Source: Lama glama
Taxonomy: Eukaryota
Length of the DNA stretch: 64,000 nt
NCBI GenBank assembly: GCA_028534125.1
Contig: CM052817.1
Coordinates: 13,332,001 to 13,396,000, forward strand
Direction of reading: 5' to 3'
Shown: positions 10,898 to 23,928 of the stretch, in pieces
Layout of the letters: the number at the start of each line of letters is the position of its first letter
Position numbering within the stretch: the stretch's first letter is position 1
Position numbers and translations under genes: made by a program
Notes under the pieces: model-generated
Databases searched by the model: none
Seen by the model: only the letters and a program-made list of their open reading frames with translations
What the model was told of the DNA's origin: nothing

Positions 10898-13800
10898 GTT
10901 AGTTGCCTTTTAAGTCTATTATGATTTTATTTCAGTTTCCCTCTTTCTCTTAAAGCTACGTAGATTTCATGGTGTGGACATGGTCAAAGGAATGTTGACA
11001 AAAATGAAGCCTGAAATCAGTATGTCAAATCAGTCATTCACATCTTTGATGTGTGATGATTATGCCAAATACTGTTTAAAAAAAAGTCTGAAATGTGCTT
11101 TACCAATTTCTGGAAAGCTGGGAAATAAACTCTCTGGGAAGAAAGTGGCCAAAAAGAAAGATTGTTACTTTCTACTTTTTACTTATCTGTATGCTTTTCC
11201 TTTTTTAAAGATACCACAAATATGTATAATTTTTATAGTGAAAAAATGTTAAGTCATTTAGTACAGGAGAGAGGCAGTCACTAGAAAAAAATTTTAAATA
11301 GTGAGAATTTTCCCCTAACTTTAAAGTAGGACCTTTGGTAATTTGAAACATGCAAAATGTTAAAGGATGTATATATTTATTAAAACATTTTATCAGGTAA
11401 AAAATTACCGAGCCCAAGTGGTTGATGTATAAAATAGCATTGTCGAACTCACAGAATGTCGTGAGTACTGCACAGTATTTTTAAAGCATAAAAAGAGCCG
11501 TGTCTAATCACTGACATCATCTGGTGGGCGTGGCTTTCCTAATACATCCGGGCCCAGGAAAGGAAGTCCTGGAGCGCTTAGGATGGTGGGCTTGTCTGGG
11601 GAGTCATCATGGGATACTTTGTAAAATTTTTACCTTGGAGAGTCAGAATTATACCTAATAACATTATATTTTTAGTCATTAAGCTTAACGAAAAGTCTTC
11701 AAATTCTCAGTGTAGGTGCACCATCCTAAAAGGAACACAATATATGCTTGTCTTGACACTTTCAGTTGTATGTGAAGCATTAGCAGTAGGACTATAGTGC
11801 TAACATGGGCTACATTATATAGCAACTCTGTCTCCTCTTGCTAATAAGGACTTCATTTTTTTTCTCTTGCACTGTTCAGGTGACTTTCTGGGTTTGGTCA
11901 CATACTCTTACTATATGCAAAGTTAAGTTAAAAAACATGAAAAAAATTGTTTCCTATTTTAGAATGTAAAAAATATAGCCTGTGTATATACTCTGTGGAT
12001 TAATGCATCCAATACCATGCTTGGTCAAATGTCATCTTTTCTTTCTACAAGTACTAAAGCAATTGGGGCAAAGATGTCTAAGGTCTGATTCTATCTCAGA
12101 AAACACAACGACAATTATTCTGTCACAGCAACATGTCCTTAAATAGTTACAGATACCCTCAGGAGCAAGCTTGGAAGTACGATCGTGTGTTACATCACCA
12201 CACGGTTTCCTGTGTTGACTAAATCTCATGCTTATGTGTATAAAAGATGTCTCTTATTTCCAAGAATCTGCTGCTGACTGAATTTGCTTTTAAAAGCAAT
12301 CAAACCGTTTTCTATTGGTTTTAATCTAAAACTTAACTAGAAATGAAATTTGGAGGGTAGTTTTCTTAAATAAAAAGAAGCTCTGTAATTAGGTGACATA
12401 TTATTAATTTAAAAGAACTCTTTAGATATGGGCAATAAGGATTTGAGCAATAACGTGTCTGAAACAACAAGAAAGCACTCCTCAAGGATATGTACCTTGT
12501 AAGTAGGGGTCCAGATGCAAACCAATGCCTGACTGGCAGCAAGACATGCACTCTAATCTGGGGGCCTTCCCCTGGAACCAGTCCCTTCTTATTTGCTGCC
12601 ATCTTCCAGGCTTGGCATCTTTTCACAGAGACTGACCAATCCTTTGTCCCGAACGAGCTTTCCTTCTGCTGCCTCTTCAGCTTGCTATGCACAATTCTCC
12701 CTTACGTACACTTGAAAAGAGTAAAGCCATAGCCACAGAATTCTGGTGCAGACCGACATCTACTTTACTGACATATGAAAAACAGAAAGCGCCTATTCAG
12801 TGCCTATACAATTAATTAATGAATTCCCCTGATGTTTATCTCACGTAGGGCAGGTGGGATACTGATGAATTTATGTAGCTAATGGGAAAAGCTCAAATTT
12901 CTCATCCTAGCACTAAAATCTATCAACTCTGGAGCCTCTCACAGTCCTTAATGACATCTATCCCATCTCACTTAGATATTGAGAGTAACATGGAAGAATG
13001 TGTAAGAAAACTCTTTAAAATGGCTCTACTCCAGAAATAGCAGGGGCGGCCCTCGAGGACAGGTTTAGGTTTTGCATCATTCAGTCCCAACCATCATTAC
13101 TGCAGTGACGTGCTTTAGATGATTTGATGTCATTCTCAATAGCAGAAGACTTCTTAGGGAATTTTGATAGAGAAAATTCTACCTAGAGTAAGTTATATGT
13201 GTGAAGGAATTTTCTCTCCCCATAGCTTTCAGTACTATCGTTTTTTAAATTATTATTTTGTCATTTTATTTGCCGTGCTCACTTCCAATGGAAAGGCTTT
13301 ATTTAGCAATAAGTCTTTGGTTCTCTTTACCCCCTTACTCTACTTTGAAGCAGAAGGAAGTACTGAATGTTAAAGAGCTCTCAAATTTGGCTGTATTTTT
13401 GTGTATATTTGGGTTCTCATGATCTCTTTATAACAGTGACTCCTTCTGTTATTAATTCTGCCTCGAGATGTGTAAGGTCTTTACATAAGAGTCAGTGTAT
13501 TTGCAATCGTATGTACAGTTTGTTTTAACTAGAGGGAATATTTTGGCAGCCTAATGATACTGTGTGATTGGCATTCATCTTCCAACCTTTCAGAGCCTTC
13601 TTAAACTTCTTTGAATCTCAGAAAACATTTTTAAAATCCTGTTTTCACTTTAGTTAATAACCAGAGCCCATTGAGCCCAAAACAGTAGTTTAGGTTAACC
13701 AAGCCTTACTCAATCTAATTTGGATTTATTTATTTTGAAAATGAAGTTAAATATTTCTGCAGTTTCAGTAGCTGTTGGAATTGACTACATTATTTAACTG

Positions 13801-16800
13801 TTCCAATGTGGAAGAACTGAAAAACACCTCCTTTTTTTGTTTATTTATTTGAGGAGGTAAGTTTTTCCATTTAAAACATTCAAAAGATATTTGTAGAGAA
13901 AACACCTTATTCAGGACACTGCTAAACACTGAAAGTGATATGAAAATACATAAAACATTGCCCTCACCTAGCAGGCAGACTCTTTGGCTTTGATTCTTCA
14001 TTGCAAGTTCAGATTAGGTCAGTTATCTCACCAGTACAAAGCCATCATTTCTCATATTTCAAGAAAGTTAACAGCAAAATAGAGCTACTTTAATGATTTT
14101 TAAATAAAGAGAAACAATTTTTGGGAATGCAAAGACTAATCAAACATTCTGGCAAACAAACATTATGAAGCAACCCATTTCATCTCATTTAGAGCAAAAG
14201 AGAGCCCATGAAATGATTTTTTTTTAATGAAACATCTTAATGCCCACATGTATAGCATACTTCCTCAAACCTTTCTGTTTTGAACTATGATGAACTTGAC
14301 CTCATGTGATTGCACTTTGGTAACATCCGCTTATGTGTGTGTCCCATTTGGCACACCCTTTGCACCAGGAGGACATGTATGTATCTTCAGAAATTCATGG
14401 TCCCTCAAGATCAATTACCTGTATTTCTATGCTAGCAACTGCATTTAATTAAGTTTGTAGAAGTAGGTATGATCTGGATAGTTTATTGACTCTTATTATG
14501 AAGATCAGTTAACTATTGCTAATTGATAGGAAAATTTCAGGATAATAAACACTAATAAAAAATACATCAGGTCATTATTAAAAAGAATATTCAGGAAAAA
14601 TTACCTCTTTAAAAAAAAGTTAGAACAGAAACGTACTATTCGCAAGTAGTCCTTTACTTACTGATGGAACTAAATTCAATGATTGCTATCACATCTGATC
14701 AGGATACTGAATATTCAGATTGGAGACTGAGAATCTGCCTGTGGTAATGTGCGCCGGTGCCTGGGATTATAACCTTAAGCAGCGTATGGAACAAATAGGT
14801 CTGGCCTGGGTCAGCAAAAGAGGAGAAAAGAGAAATACTTTTCCTTCAGGTCCAATTCAATTAACCTGTTCCAGGATGACTCCCATAATCCCGTCAGCTG
14901 TGTCCATGCTCTCATACAGTTCATCCATCTCCCTGCTGCATTGCAAGGTCTGTGAGAGGAGAGAGAATGGCACTTTTTATATGAGTAGAGAACAAATGGG
15001 AAATGTACACTTTTCTTTTTATGAATTGTATGGAATTTTTTAAATTAGGTAATGAGAAACATTCAGGTCCATTTATCTGAATCTTTCTCAAACATGCCAT
15101 TTATATTCACCCGTCCTCTTGATTCCTGAGTTCATCCTCTCTACTTCTGATGGAGATAGTCATTATTTGGCAGCAAGATTGTCAGGATATCTGAGTCAGC
15201 AGGCTACTCATCTAGTCCAGCCTGCAAGGGCAGACCTGAGACTGGGAGCTCGGAGCACAAATCTGCTACCAGTATTCCTCATTCTCTCTGCTTCCCTGCA
15301 TAATCCATCAGGCTATCCTTCATTGATATTTATGAGTATTTTCCTTTGAAAAGCGATCAGATCGGTGCTATCTTTCACATTTTTCAACAACTGTTGTGTA
15401 TCTGATCTGTGCCAGATCACTTGCTAGTGAATACAATGAGGAAATACAAAAACACAAATGAAGGTATCTATCCTTGCCCCAAGTAGTGCAAGAAATTAAA
15501 TCTCACTTATTCCCAGTAGGCTGCTTTTTTTGATACCTTCCTTTGCTATGCTGATTCAAGTAATGAAAAATAGTTACCGTTTTTCCAGGTTTTTCTTGAG
15601 CCCAACAAGAGCTCAAAATGCAAATATTTGAAGAGCGGTGCGTCTGACCCTCCAAAAATCTGTGTCCTGGGGATGCTGTCAGGAATTCAACCAGACTTCC
15701 TCCCTGGTTCCAAGTCTATTTGAAACTGTCGTAACGAATCAAATTGAACACTAGAATTCTGGTTCAGTTATTCAGATTGCTGTCATAAGTTCCCTTTCCA
15801 TTATTATCAATATTAATGATGCCTTCATACTGAAAAAAGAAAAAAAAATAACTAGTTCGGTTCAATTTATGAATAGGAATAAGAACAGGCCGTGATGTCA
15901 GGCCCAGAATCCTCCCAGTCCTTTTTATGCATCCATGATCCCCAGGAGACAGTCAGATTATTTCTATTTCAGAGAAAAAATAAACTAATCTGGTTCCACT
16001 AGCAAAACTAGTGTCAGTTAAGTGTTTCAACAGTGCCCTGTATTTATATGTAAAATTGTGTTTGTAGACATGGCCAACCTGACTTTACAGGGCTAAGTTT
16101 TGGAAAAATATAAATGAGATACTTATTAATTCAAATCCACCCTTTCCCATTGCTCTATTCGTGTAAAACAAATTAATGTTCTAAACAGAGTAGTTTGAGT
16201 TAGAAAATTCCCAAAATCCTGATCCAGGGACAAAATGACCAGCCTCTTCTCTGCTGAGCAGACTTTGAGAACTGAATGAGACTCAGCAGGACATACTGTT
16301 GCCCAAATTTCTTGGTAGATAGAAAGCAACTGATTGTCCATCCAATAACGCTTCAAAAATGTCTTCCCTCTGAATAGCACAGTTTACCTTACCAAAAGAA
16401 AAAGTCTCTTTAGGGATAATAATGAACTTTGCATCTGTGTAATGTAGTTTTCAATAATCAATGAAATAACAAATCATTCAGCCCGTTTATAGGCCACGAT
16501 GCTGTCTCTATTCTAGTCACTAAGTGAAACTTAAGGGATACTGGAAAATTAAGCATTTATCTTATGTCTCTGATTTTCCCAGATTGTAATTTCCCCAGAG
16601 TAAGGACTTTGTCATGCACATCCTTCAATCATTTGCTGGGTCTAGCTCAAGATATCTCCACCCATCCCCCAATATTTTATTATGAAAATTGTTCAACTGA
16701 AGCAGCTTTGTTTTTGGTCAAATAAAATAGTCTCACTTGTAAATTAATCCTACTACATGTGATTAATTTCCTTCTACACTATTCTTACTCATTTCAGGAA

Positions 16801-17559
16801 ACATTTCATATTAACTCTCATAGATCGTGTAATATCTTCATTATTCATTGATTTGTCAACTGAATCACTAGATTTATGAATTTTCAATAATGCAGTAAGT
16901 TAAACCAATATTTTTTTTAAGAAAAAGCATGTTTAAGAAAGTGTGTGTGTGTAGAAAATGCAAATCATTTTTAGTGACAAGATTCAACTCAGGTGTCATC
17001 CACTCATCGTGAGCTTTGATGTCTTTGACGTAATTTAAGTTAATAAAACTCTTTGAGATGATTATTTTATAATTCATGATCATATAGATGTTGGCAGTTA
17101 TTAATGACAGCTAGCATTCGAAGTTCAAGCCACTTTCCAGATTTATTGTAAAGTAGATGAAACAGACATTGGACTCACTTTTCTCCCCCTTTACAAGACA
17201 CAGCAGTTTGGGATTCTCTTGTCTTTGTCACCTTTAGTACCCCAAGGGGAGGGGAATTTCTTTACTTTTTGAGTAACTTGTCTTGCAAACCTCACCTGTG
17301 AACATCAGCTCCTCTTGGAGAGAGGGCTAAGGGTTGATTGGTCCAAGTCAGTTAACCAAGAATCATAGTGCTTTGTAGAGAGGCAGCCAGCCCTGGCAGC
17401 ATATGTATGGCTAAACTACCCTGAAATGCTGTGTTCAGACCTTTACCCTTTTGAAATGCAAGGGTCATTGTCAGGGGCTACTTCCTCTCCTTGTGCATTA
17501 CTTATTACAGACTCTGAGAGAAGCTCAAAGACCTAAAAGAACATTTCAGACATGGGAGA

Positions 17560-17690
17560 GCCACATGGAATGAAATAAGAAAGGAAAGAGACCTAAAAGA
17601 AAAAGAAAGATAGAAGGAAAGAAAATGGGGTTCAGGGGGAGGGATGGGGAAAAAGGAAGAGAAAAAGAAGAGAAAGAGAAGGAAAGACAT
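17560..17690. repeat. Purine-rich low-complexity tract
   Basis: A/G-dominated sequence with gaaa-type units. Confidence 0.7.
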
Positions 17691-17754
17691 AGTAGCGTCA
17701 GTTGGAATTTGTATTCCGCACTGTAAACCTCCAGTCGTGTAAAAGTTACCACCT

Positions 17755-18150
17755 ATATTGGTTCGCTAGGGATCCTATAAGTAGCATATATTGGGTGGCT
17801 GAAACTTCAGAAATTTACTGTCTCACACTTCTAGAGATTAGAAGTCCAAAATCAAGGTGTCAGCGGTGTTAGTTCCTTTGAGGGCTGTGAGGGAAGGCTG
17901 TGTTGCTGATTTCTCTCCTTGGCCTGTAGATGGTCATCAGCCCCCTCTGTCTCTTCACATGGGCTTCCCTCTAGGCCCAGTGTCCTTGTCCTCTAAGACC
18001 ATGAGCCATATTGGATTAAGGCTCACCCTAAGGACCTCATTGAACTTCATGATGTCTATAAAAACCCTACCTCCAAAAAAGGTCACATTCTGAAGTACTG
18101 GAGGTCCACAGCATATTTTTTTGAGGGAGAGGGTTATTCAACCAATACCA
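17755..18150 (-). mobile_element. MaLR solo LTR (MLT1-type)
   Basis: Typical motifs: cagaaatttactgtctcacacttctagag..agtccaaaatcaaggtgtcagc; ggtcacattctgaagtactgg. Confidence 0.8.
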
Positions 18151-18159
18151 CCACATCAC

Positions 18160-19120
18160 TGTATTTCAGACTCCTGATTTCTCCCTCAGAAAACCTGGTC
18201 TTTTCAGTATTTTCTATGTCACTGAAAAGTACTTCCAGATACACATACCAGAAACCTAGAAGTCTCGGACAGTTTCCTCTCTCACCTTGACACCACGAAC
18301 GTTTCCTGTGCACCTTAAAACAGCTGGTCACAGGACACCTGTCTTCCATGACCTCTCATCTTAAATTTCTGCTACATAGAAAATAGCTCATTCAGAATGT
18401 CTTCCAACTTTAAACACTATACTTCCTCCATCCCCCTGAAGCAAAATACCCGTCTTGATTTAAAAAGAAAAAAAAATCCTCACCCAATCCATTGCAAATC
18501 AGCATCTATTTCGTTTCCTAAACATCTCTCCAGGCCATCCATATCTCCTCTACTGCCACCTGAGTACCAGCTAAGTCATCTCTCATATCCATTTGTATCT
18601 GCCCCCGTGCAATCCATCCTCCGCTAGAGCCAGAACCTTCTTTCCAAAGTACGGATGTCGTCTGGCCGTCCTCCAGTTTAAAACCCTTCGGTGGCACCCA
18701 CTGGCTCATAAAGTAAAGACATTCTGCCACGTGGCCCCTACCAGCCCCTGTAGCTTCCTCTCTCACCATGTTCTCCCCGGCTCACTCCTAGGCTCTCAGA
18801 GCTCGTAAGTTCCACATCACCTCCTGCACAGAGTCCCTGCCAGTGCTCTTTATTCCCCCTTCACCCTCAGTGCAAGTCTCACAGCTTCAGAAAAACCTCC
18901 CTCATGGTCTATCCCGCTTCTAGGGCACCAGGGTTTTTATTAGCATCATCTCTCCTGCAGTTTTGCAGTTACTTGTGGAATTAGTAGATCAGTATCTTTC
19001 TCCTCCTCCTCTCATGCAGAATCTCCATGAGAGAACACAGATAGCGTGTTGTTGTTGTTTGTTGTTGTTGTTATTCACCATTTGCACTCCTAGCATTAAC
19101 ACAAGCCCTCATGCATAGTT
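18160..19120 (+). mobile_element. Degraded L2 LINE 3' portion
   Basis: Pyrimidine-rich L2-like motifs (ccagagc..atctttc, ttcacc..cctagca..catagt); boundaries approximate. Confidence 0.6.
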
Positions 19121-20427
19121 TTCATTATGGTGGTAAAAATCTGGTGGTTTGCTACCAGAATTATTTGAAAAAAATCCATAGACAGATCATGCCCTAGGTC
19201 TCTCGGAAGTTTGTAGAATAATTCTAAAACTATTTCAGGAAGTGTGGAATGTAATAAGGAATGTAAACAGAAAGATAAGATACCAGAAATACAAATGAAG
19301 GTGAAAGGAAGGGTCCCTTGTGGTTAAGAAAGAAGGAACATTAATATTAGATCCATGGATCTAAAATGAAGCAGGACACAAAGCCAACTCCAGCTCCTGT
19401 TTTCCATAAGAACCATCGAGTGCGCTGAGATTTCTGCCCCACTGCAACAACATTCACAATATTGGTACCTCCGCGATACCTGGGCCCATGCTCACACTTT
19501 GTTTTTACCACTGAATGCAGTCACGTTGCTTTGTTCAGCTACAGCAGGATGCTGTCTCTACGAACTTGCTCTCTGCATTATCCATCTCTTTAGAAGCATT
19601 TTTCGCTTTTTTAAAAAAGATTTTTATAGCCACAGTTGACCTTGCACAACTTCAATTCCATAACCTCATTTTACCAATGAAGAATTGGGGCTCACAGCAA
19701 TAAAATGGCTCCCTTCCCTGCGGCCAGTCCTGTGTTTTATGTTGAATGAGTTGCAGCAGGCCATTCCATGCAGTAACTCAGCAGCCCAGGTGTCACTGCA
19801 CCCACTTAAGAGTAGTTTCTGCCCAGGATCTCTTCATGCTGGTTCGCTCCTCACTCCAAGCAGAGCGTGAACTCTGATGATCCAGCTTTTCCCGCTCCAC
19901 CCACAAGGTGACCGAAGCATTTATCACCCAGATCAGGGTGTCTGCATGAGTGCTCTGTTGAAAATTACCTTGGGACAACAGGTATAAACCAGGACTGTCC
20001 TGAGCGAAGCAGAATGTATGGTCACATTATCCACTACGTCAGATTCTTCAGAGAAACCACATGTGCAGATGTTCAGCAAGCAGTGAATTATATCTTCTCC
20101 TGGACTCTGAGGATTCATGCCCTTTGGGGGAAGTGGGCATCACTCTTACCTCCCTCCCTCACAGCTCTTACTAGTGTGAGTGCAGAACCTGGCCATTTCC
20201 AGTCCCGCTCTCTGCCTTACTTACGTGACAGACACAGTCAGATAGAGGTGATCTAAGCGCTACACATCACTTCCTTACCGAGAAAGGTGCCTCTTGAGGA
20301 CACGTGGTGCTTTTTCTTCATAAGTTATTCTCGGTCATTCACTAACTTCTGTTATCCTGAAGAAGTAACAGTACACTCCTTGGTTAACCAGTCTGTTTCT
20401 TCTCCAAAACACAGACAACCAGTACTT

Positions 20428-20475
20428 ACACACACACACACACACAGACACACACACACACACACACACACACAC
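20428..20475. repeat. Interrupted (CA)n microsatellite
   Basis: CA run with one GA interruption. Confidence 0.95.
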
Positions 20476-21207
20476 CCCTTTAACTACTCATCAGCAAAAA
20501 AAAAAAAGCTGAAAACTAGGAGCACAAGGAAGAATAATTTGCTTGTCTGATCAGAACTGAAATCATAAGTGCCAGGCAACCAGTGTGTGCCACGCTGTTT
20601 CTTTTTCACTGGGGACTTTTAAGGGTCCAGGCGGAAAGCAAGTAAGTAGGATTCCTGGGATTTCATGGAGTGGATTTGGAGACAAATTAGGAAGCCAAGG
20701 TTTGTTTAGACCCTATCTTGAGGGGTTCCTGGGCACTGAAATTTAATTTGTGTCCAACCTTAACCATTTCAGTGGGCTGACTTACCTTTCCTGGCGCCAC
20801 GTTAAAAATATAAAGACCTGATTATAAGCTAATAGATTACAATGTACGTGTAGCGGAATAAAGAACGTTTCCACCTGTCCGTTCTGTCACCTTATGCACG
20901 TTATCATTTCAGGAGGAGAGACAGCTATTGATGATACTCTCTCAGGCAGGCGCTGGACCATCAAAAAAGCAAATTCAGTTGCCTTCCTTTCCATCATTTT
21001 CCCCTGATTTCTCCACTCACTCAGTACTAGCTGTGACTACACATATCCCTAAAATAAAAACCAAAGAAAAAGTACGTAACGTCCTCTCAACACTGTGAGT
21101 TTTGGCAGAAATTGTTCCACAGTAACTAAGAGCATGTGAGCACGTTACTGTTAGTGCCTTTTATTTCCACTCTTTCCAGAAAACCAGTGCATCTTCCAAA
21201 GTGCTTC

Positions 21208-21336
21208 TTTTTTTTTTAACTTTTGGGGGTTGGTAATTAGGCTTATATATTTATTTTTAGGGGAAGTACTGGGGATCGAACCCAGCACCTTGTGCGTGCT
21301 AAGCATGCGCTTTACCACTTGAGCTATATCCTCCCC
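21208..21336 (-). mobile_element. tRNA-Ala-derived SINE, Vic-1-like (camelid)
   Basis: Reverse complement GGGGAGGATATAGCTCAAGTGGTAAAGCGCATGCTTAGCACGCACAAGGTGCTGGGTTCGATCCCCAGTAC (A and B boxes) plus A-rich tail; near-identical flanking repeat agtgcatctt(c/t)caaa at 21186-21200 and 21342-21356. Confidence 0.85.
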
Positions 21337-23282
21337 ACCCTAGTGCATCTTTCAAATGCCTGGTTTTCCTTTGCTGGCTGAGAGGTAGATACACCATCTG
21401 GCGTTTGTCTGAGGGGCAGGAGTGCTCCATTTCCCATCTTCTCCTGAGCTCCTGAGTCTTAACCACTGTGGGACACTCTTTGAACTTGAAAAGCTGCCTT
21501 CCCCCACACACAGCAGAACCCAGTGTAATTAGAACAAATAAAGAAACAGGTCAATGAAAACACATTTAATTTTTAAAAACATTTATTTTTAATATATAGT
21601 CAGGAAAAATGTTAATGTTTAAAGGAAAGAACATAAGCTAGTTATTATGAACAGGTGACAGATTATTAAGTAAAGATTAGACAGAAAGAAAAATGTCTAA
21701 AGGCTAAAATGATACCCAAGTTGAATATAAATATGTCATCAAGACAGAGTTCTTGCTTTAAAAAGCATGAGTCTTTCTTTCAGTAACTGTTATTTTACTA
21801 TTTCACCGTAGTGTACTCTAGACAGAAAGGCAGATATTCCACGCATACTGCTCTCAGGGATCTTCCACTCAAAGAAGAATGAGATGAACAGCAGTAAATA
21901 TTGAATGCATCTGAAACAGTGCAGCCTTACAACCTAACCTTACATGGTTGTCATGAACATTGAAATGACTGCATTTTTGTACAAAGTTTAAAACTGCCTG
22001 ATACACAATACTGAGCACTACATACATGTTTAAGTCAGTAAATACATTCATGCTATGTATGTGCAGTTAACGAAGTATTAACCTTAAAAGGAGAGTGTAA
22101 AGCAAAGGGATGTGCTGCAAACTCCTAATGTTTTAATCAATGTTGTTTTAAATCCACACACTTTGAACAAATAAAAATTCTTATAATTTCTTGGATGCTG
22201 CCTATAGATGGATCACTTCATTTATTTATTGCATATAAAATAATTTGGAAGTAATTTAAAAGTAAGTTAGAAAAAGGGAGAACTTTTTAATTGTACACCT
22301 TTCCAGCCACCTTAAAATCTCACACAATGATTGGGAAAGTCTTCCCACTGAAAATCATACTTGGCCTAATGTATCTGAAAATAAAATATAACCATGTTGT
22401 TTGTATTTGAAGAAATTTCCGAGGAGATAAACAGACCAGCAATTCAATACAGAGTGTCTAGAGTCTGCATGGTTGGGCTTGTGGTTCCCATTTGTGGATG
22501 ACAATTATTCTTTATAAGATAATGATGCTCAGAAAGAAGTGTATGTTCTCTATCTCGACTGAGTCTCCTCTCACTGTTTCCTTTCTGTCGTGATGGATGT
22601 AGCTGAGGGGGATTCTGTTGAGCTATTGCGATAAGGAAAACAGTCTTTTTCGTCTAGACTTAAAAAACCCTGGGGACTATAAGGATTTGAGGATTGTTTT
22701 CTCAAACATGAAACAACAGAACAAGCCAGACATAAAGGGGTGCGTAGCAAGTGATTCGGTTTATGTCCAGCTCCACACCAGGCACAGCTAATGTGTGGTC
22801 CTGTCGGGGTGGCGGTTACTTACCCTCGGGGGCAGGCTTCTGGGATGAGGGTAACTGGTGTGTTTTCAGATGTGGATGCTGCTTACGTGCGTGGGTTCAG
22901 TTTGTGACTGTTTATTAGCTACTTGTTTATCTTTTTGGTATATGTTAAACCTTAATAAGAAGTCCAGAGTGAAAAAGTATAATAATAAGAGAACAGAAGT
23001 GAAAAGCATTCAGACTTCCTTTTCCCATAGTATACTATTTCCAATAGTTACTCAGAAGGGGCTCCAATTAGTCACAGATCACAATAGTTCTGTTGTCTCA
23101 AATCACAAGACGGTTTAGCAGCAGAGCCAGCATTTTGGATCTTCTGCTTCTGTGTCTTGTGATTTTTAATTTTTTTTTCCCAATCACAAGCTGTGCTAAC
23201 CTCCAAGGCCCATGACACAGCCTGCTGGCAGGAACCCCATCAGCCTTTCCCTGTGACCTAACACCGTTTGGCATGTTGACAG

Positions 23283-23376
23283 GAGAGTTGTGTGAGGAGA
23301 AGCTGGACTTCTGTGCCCAGGACCTGAACCCCTGCCAGCACGACTCCAAGTGCATCCTGACGCCAAAGGGATTCAA
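23283..23376 (+). CDS. SLIT2: SLIT2 coding exon (approx. 30): EGF3/EGF4
   Basis: ttgacag|GA GAG TTG TGT...TTC AA|gtaagt; 94 nt; (G)[30 protein letters not shown](K). Confidence 0.96.
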
Positions 23377-23792
23377 GTAAGTCGGAGGCCCCCTTGGGGC
23401 TCACGGTCCGGGGAGGAGGGCGTCTCTTTGAGGAACTCTTCTTGCAGGACCTAGCTTCACATTTTGCTCACGATTAACAGGACATACACACCAGCATCAA
23501 TGGCATTTTTATAAATGTTTAGATACAGCTCGGACTATTTTTTTAGCACACTGAAGAAGGTAAAAGAAAGTGTTGCGTTTTGTTCTCTGACTCTTCCTGG
23601 GAAGTCATGTATGAAATAAAACAGCTTTTGGCTATGTTTGATTAAATTTATTAGAAGGCCAAATACATTTATAATGTCCACTAGCTGCTTTATTATCTAA
23701 ATGGAAGTCTGTGGTAAAACAGGAAGTTTAATCTAATGCAACTGAAAATGTTCTGGTCTGCAACAATACTTTAACCATCCAAGGGACAGAAG

Positions 23793-23928
23793 ATAGAGTG
23801 ACCATATGTCCCAGGTTGGCCCAGTGCAGTAGCAGTTTATGCCTATTGTCTTAAATGTAATTATTAATAGTGTCCCTTTCATTTCCCATATGTGTTGTCC
23901 GGTCATGATAGAACACACAGTCACTCCA
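23793..23928. mobile_element. Small hAT-Blackjack-like MITE (MER81/MER94-like)
   Basis: Imperfect inverted ends gagtgacc.. / ..agtcactc; catatgtcccagg motif. Confidence 0.45.

Noticed and set aside
21265..21336. tRNA-Ala-like sequence as a real tRNA gene
   Set aside because: Followed by a SINE tail and poly(A) and flanked by a direct repeat; it is a SINE head.
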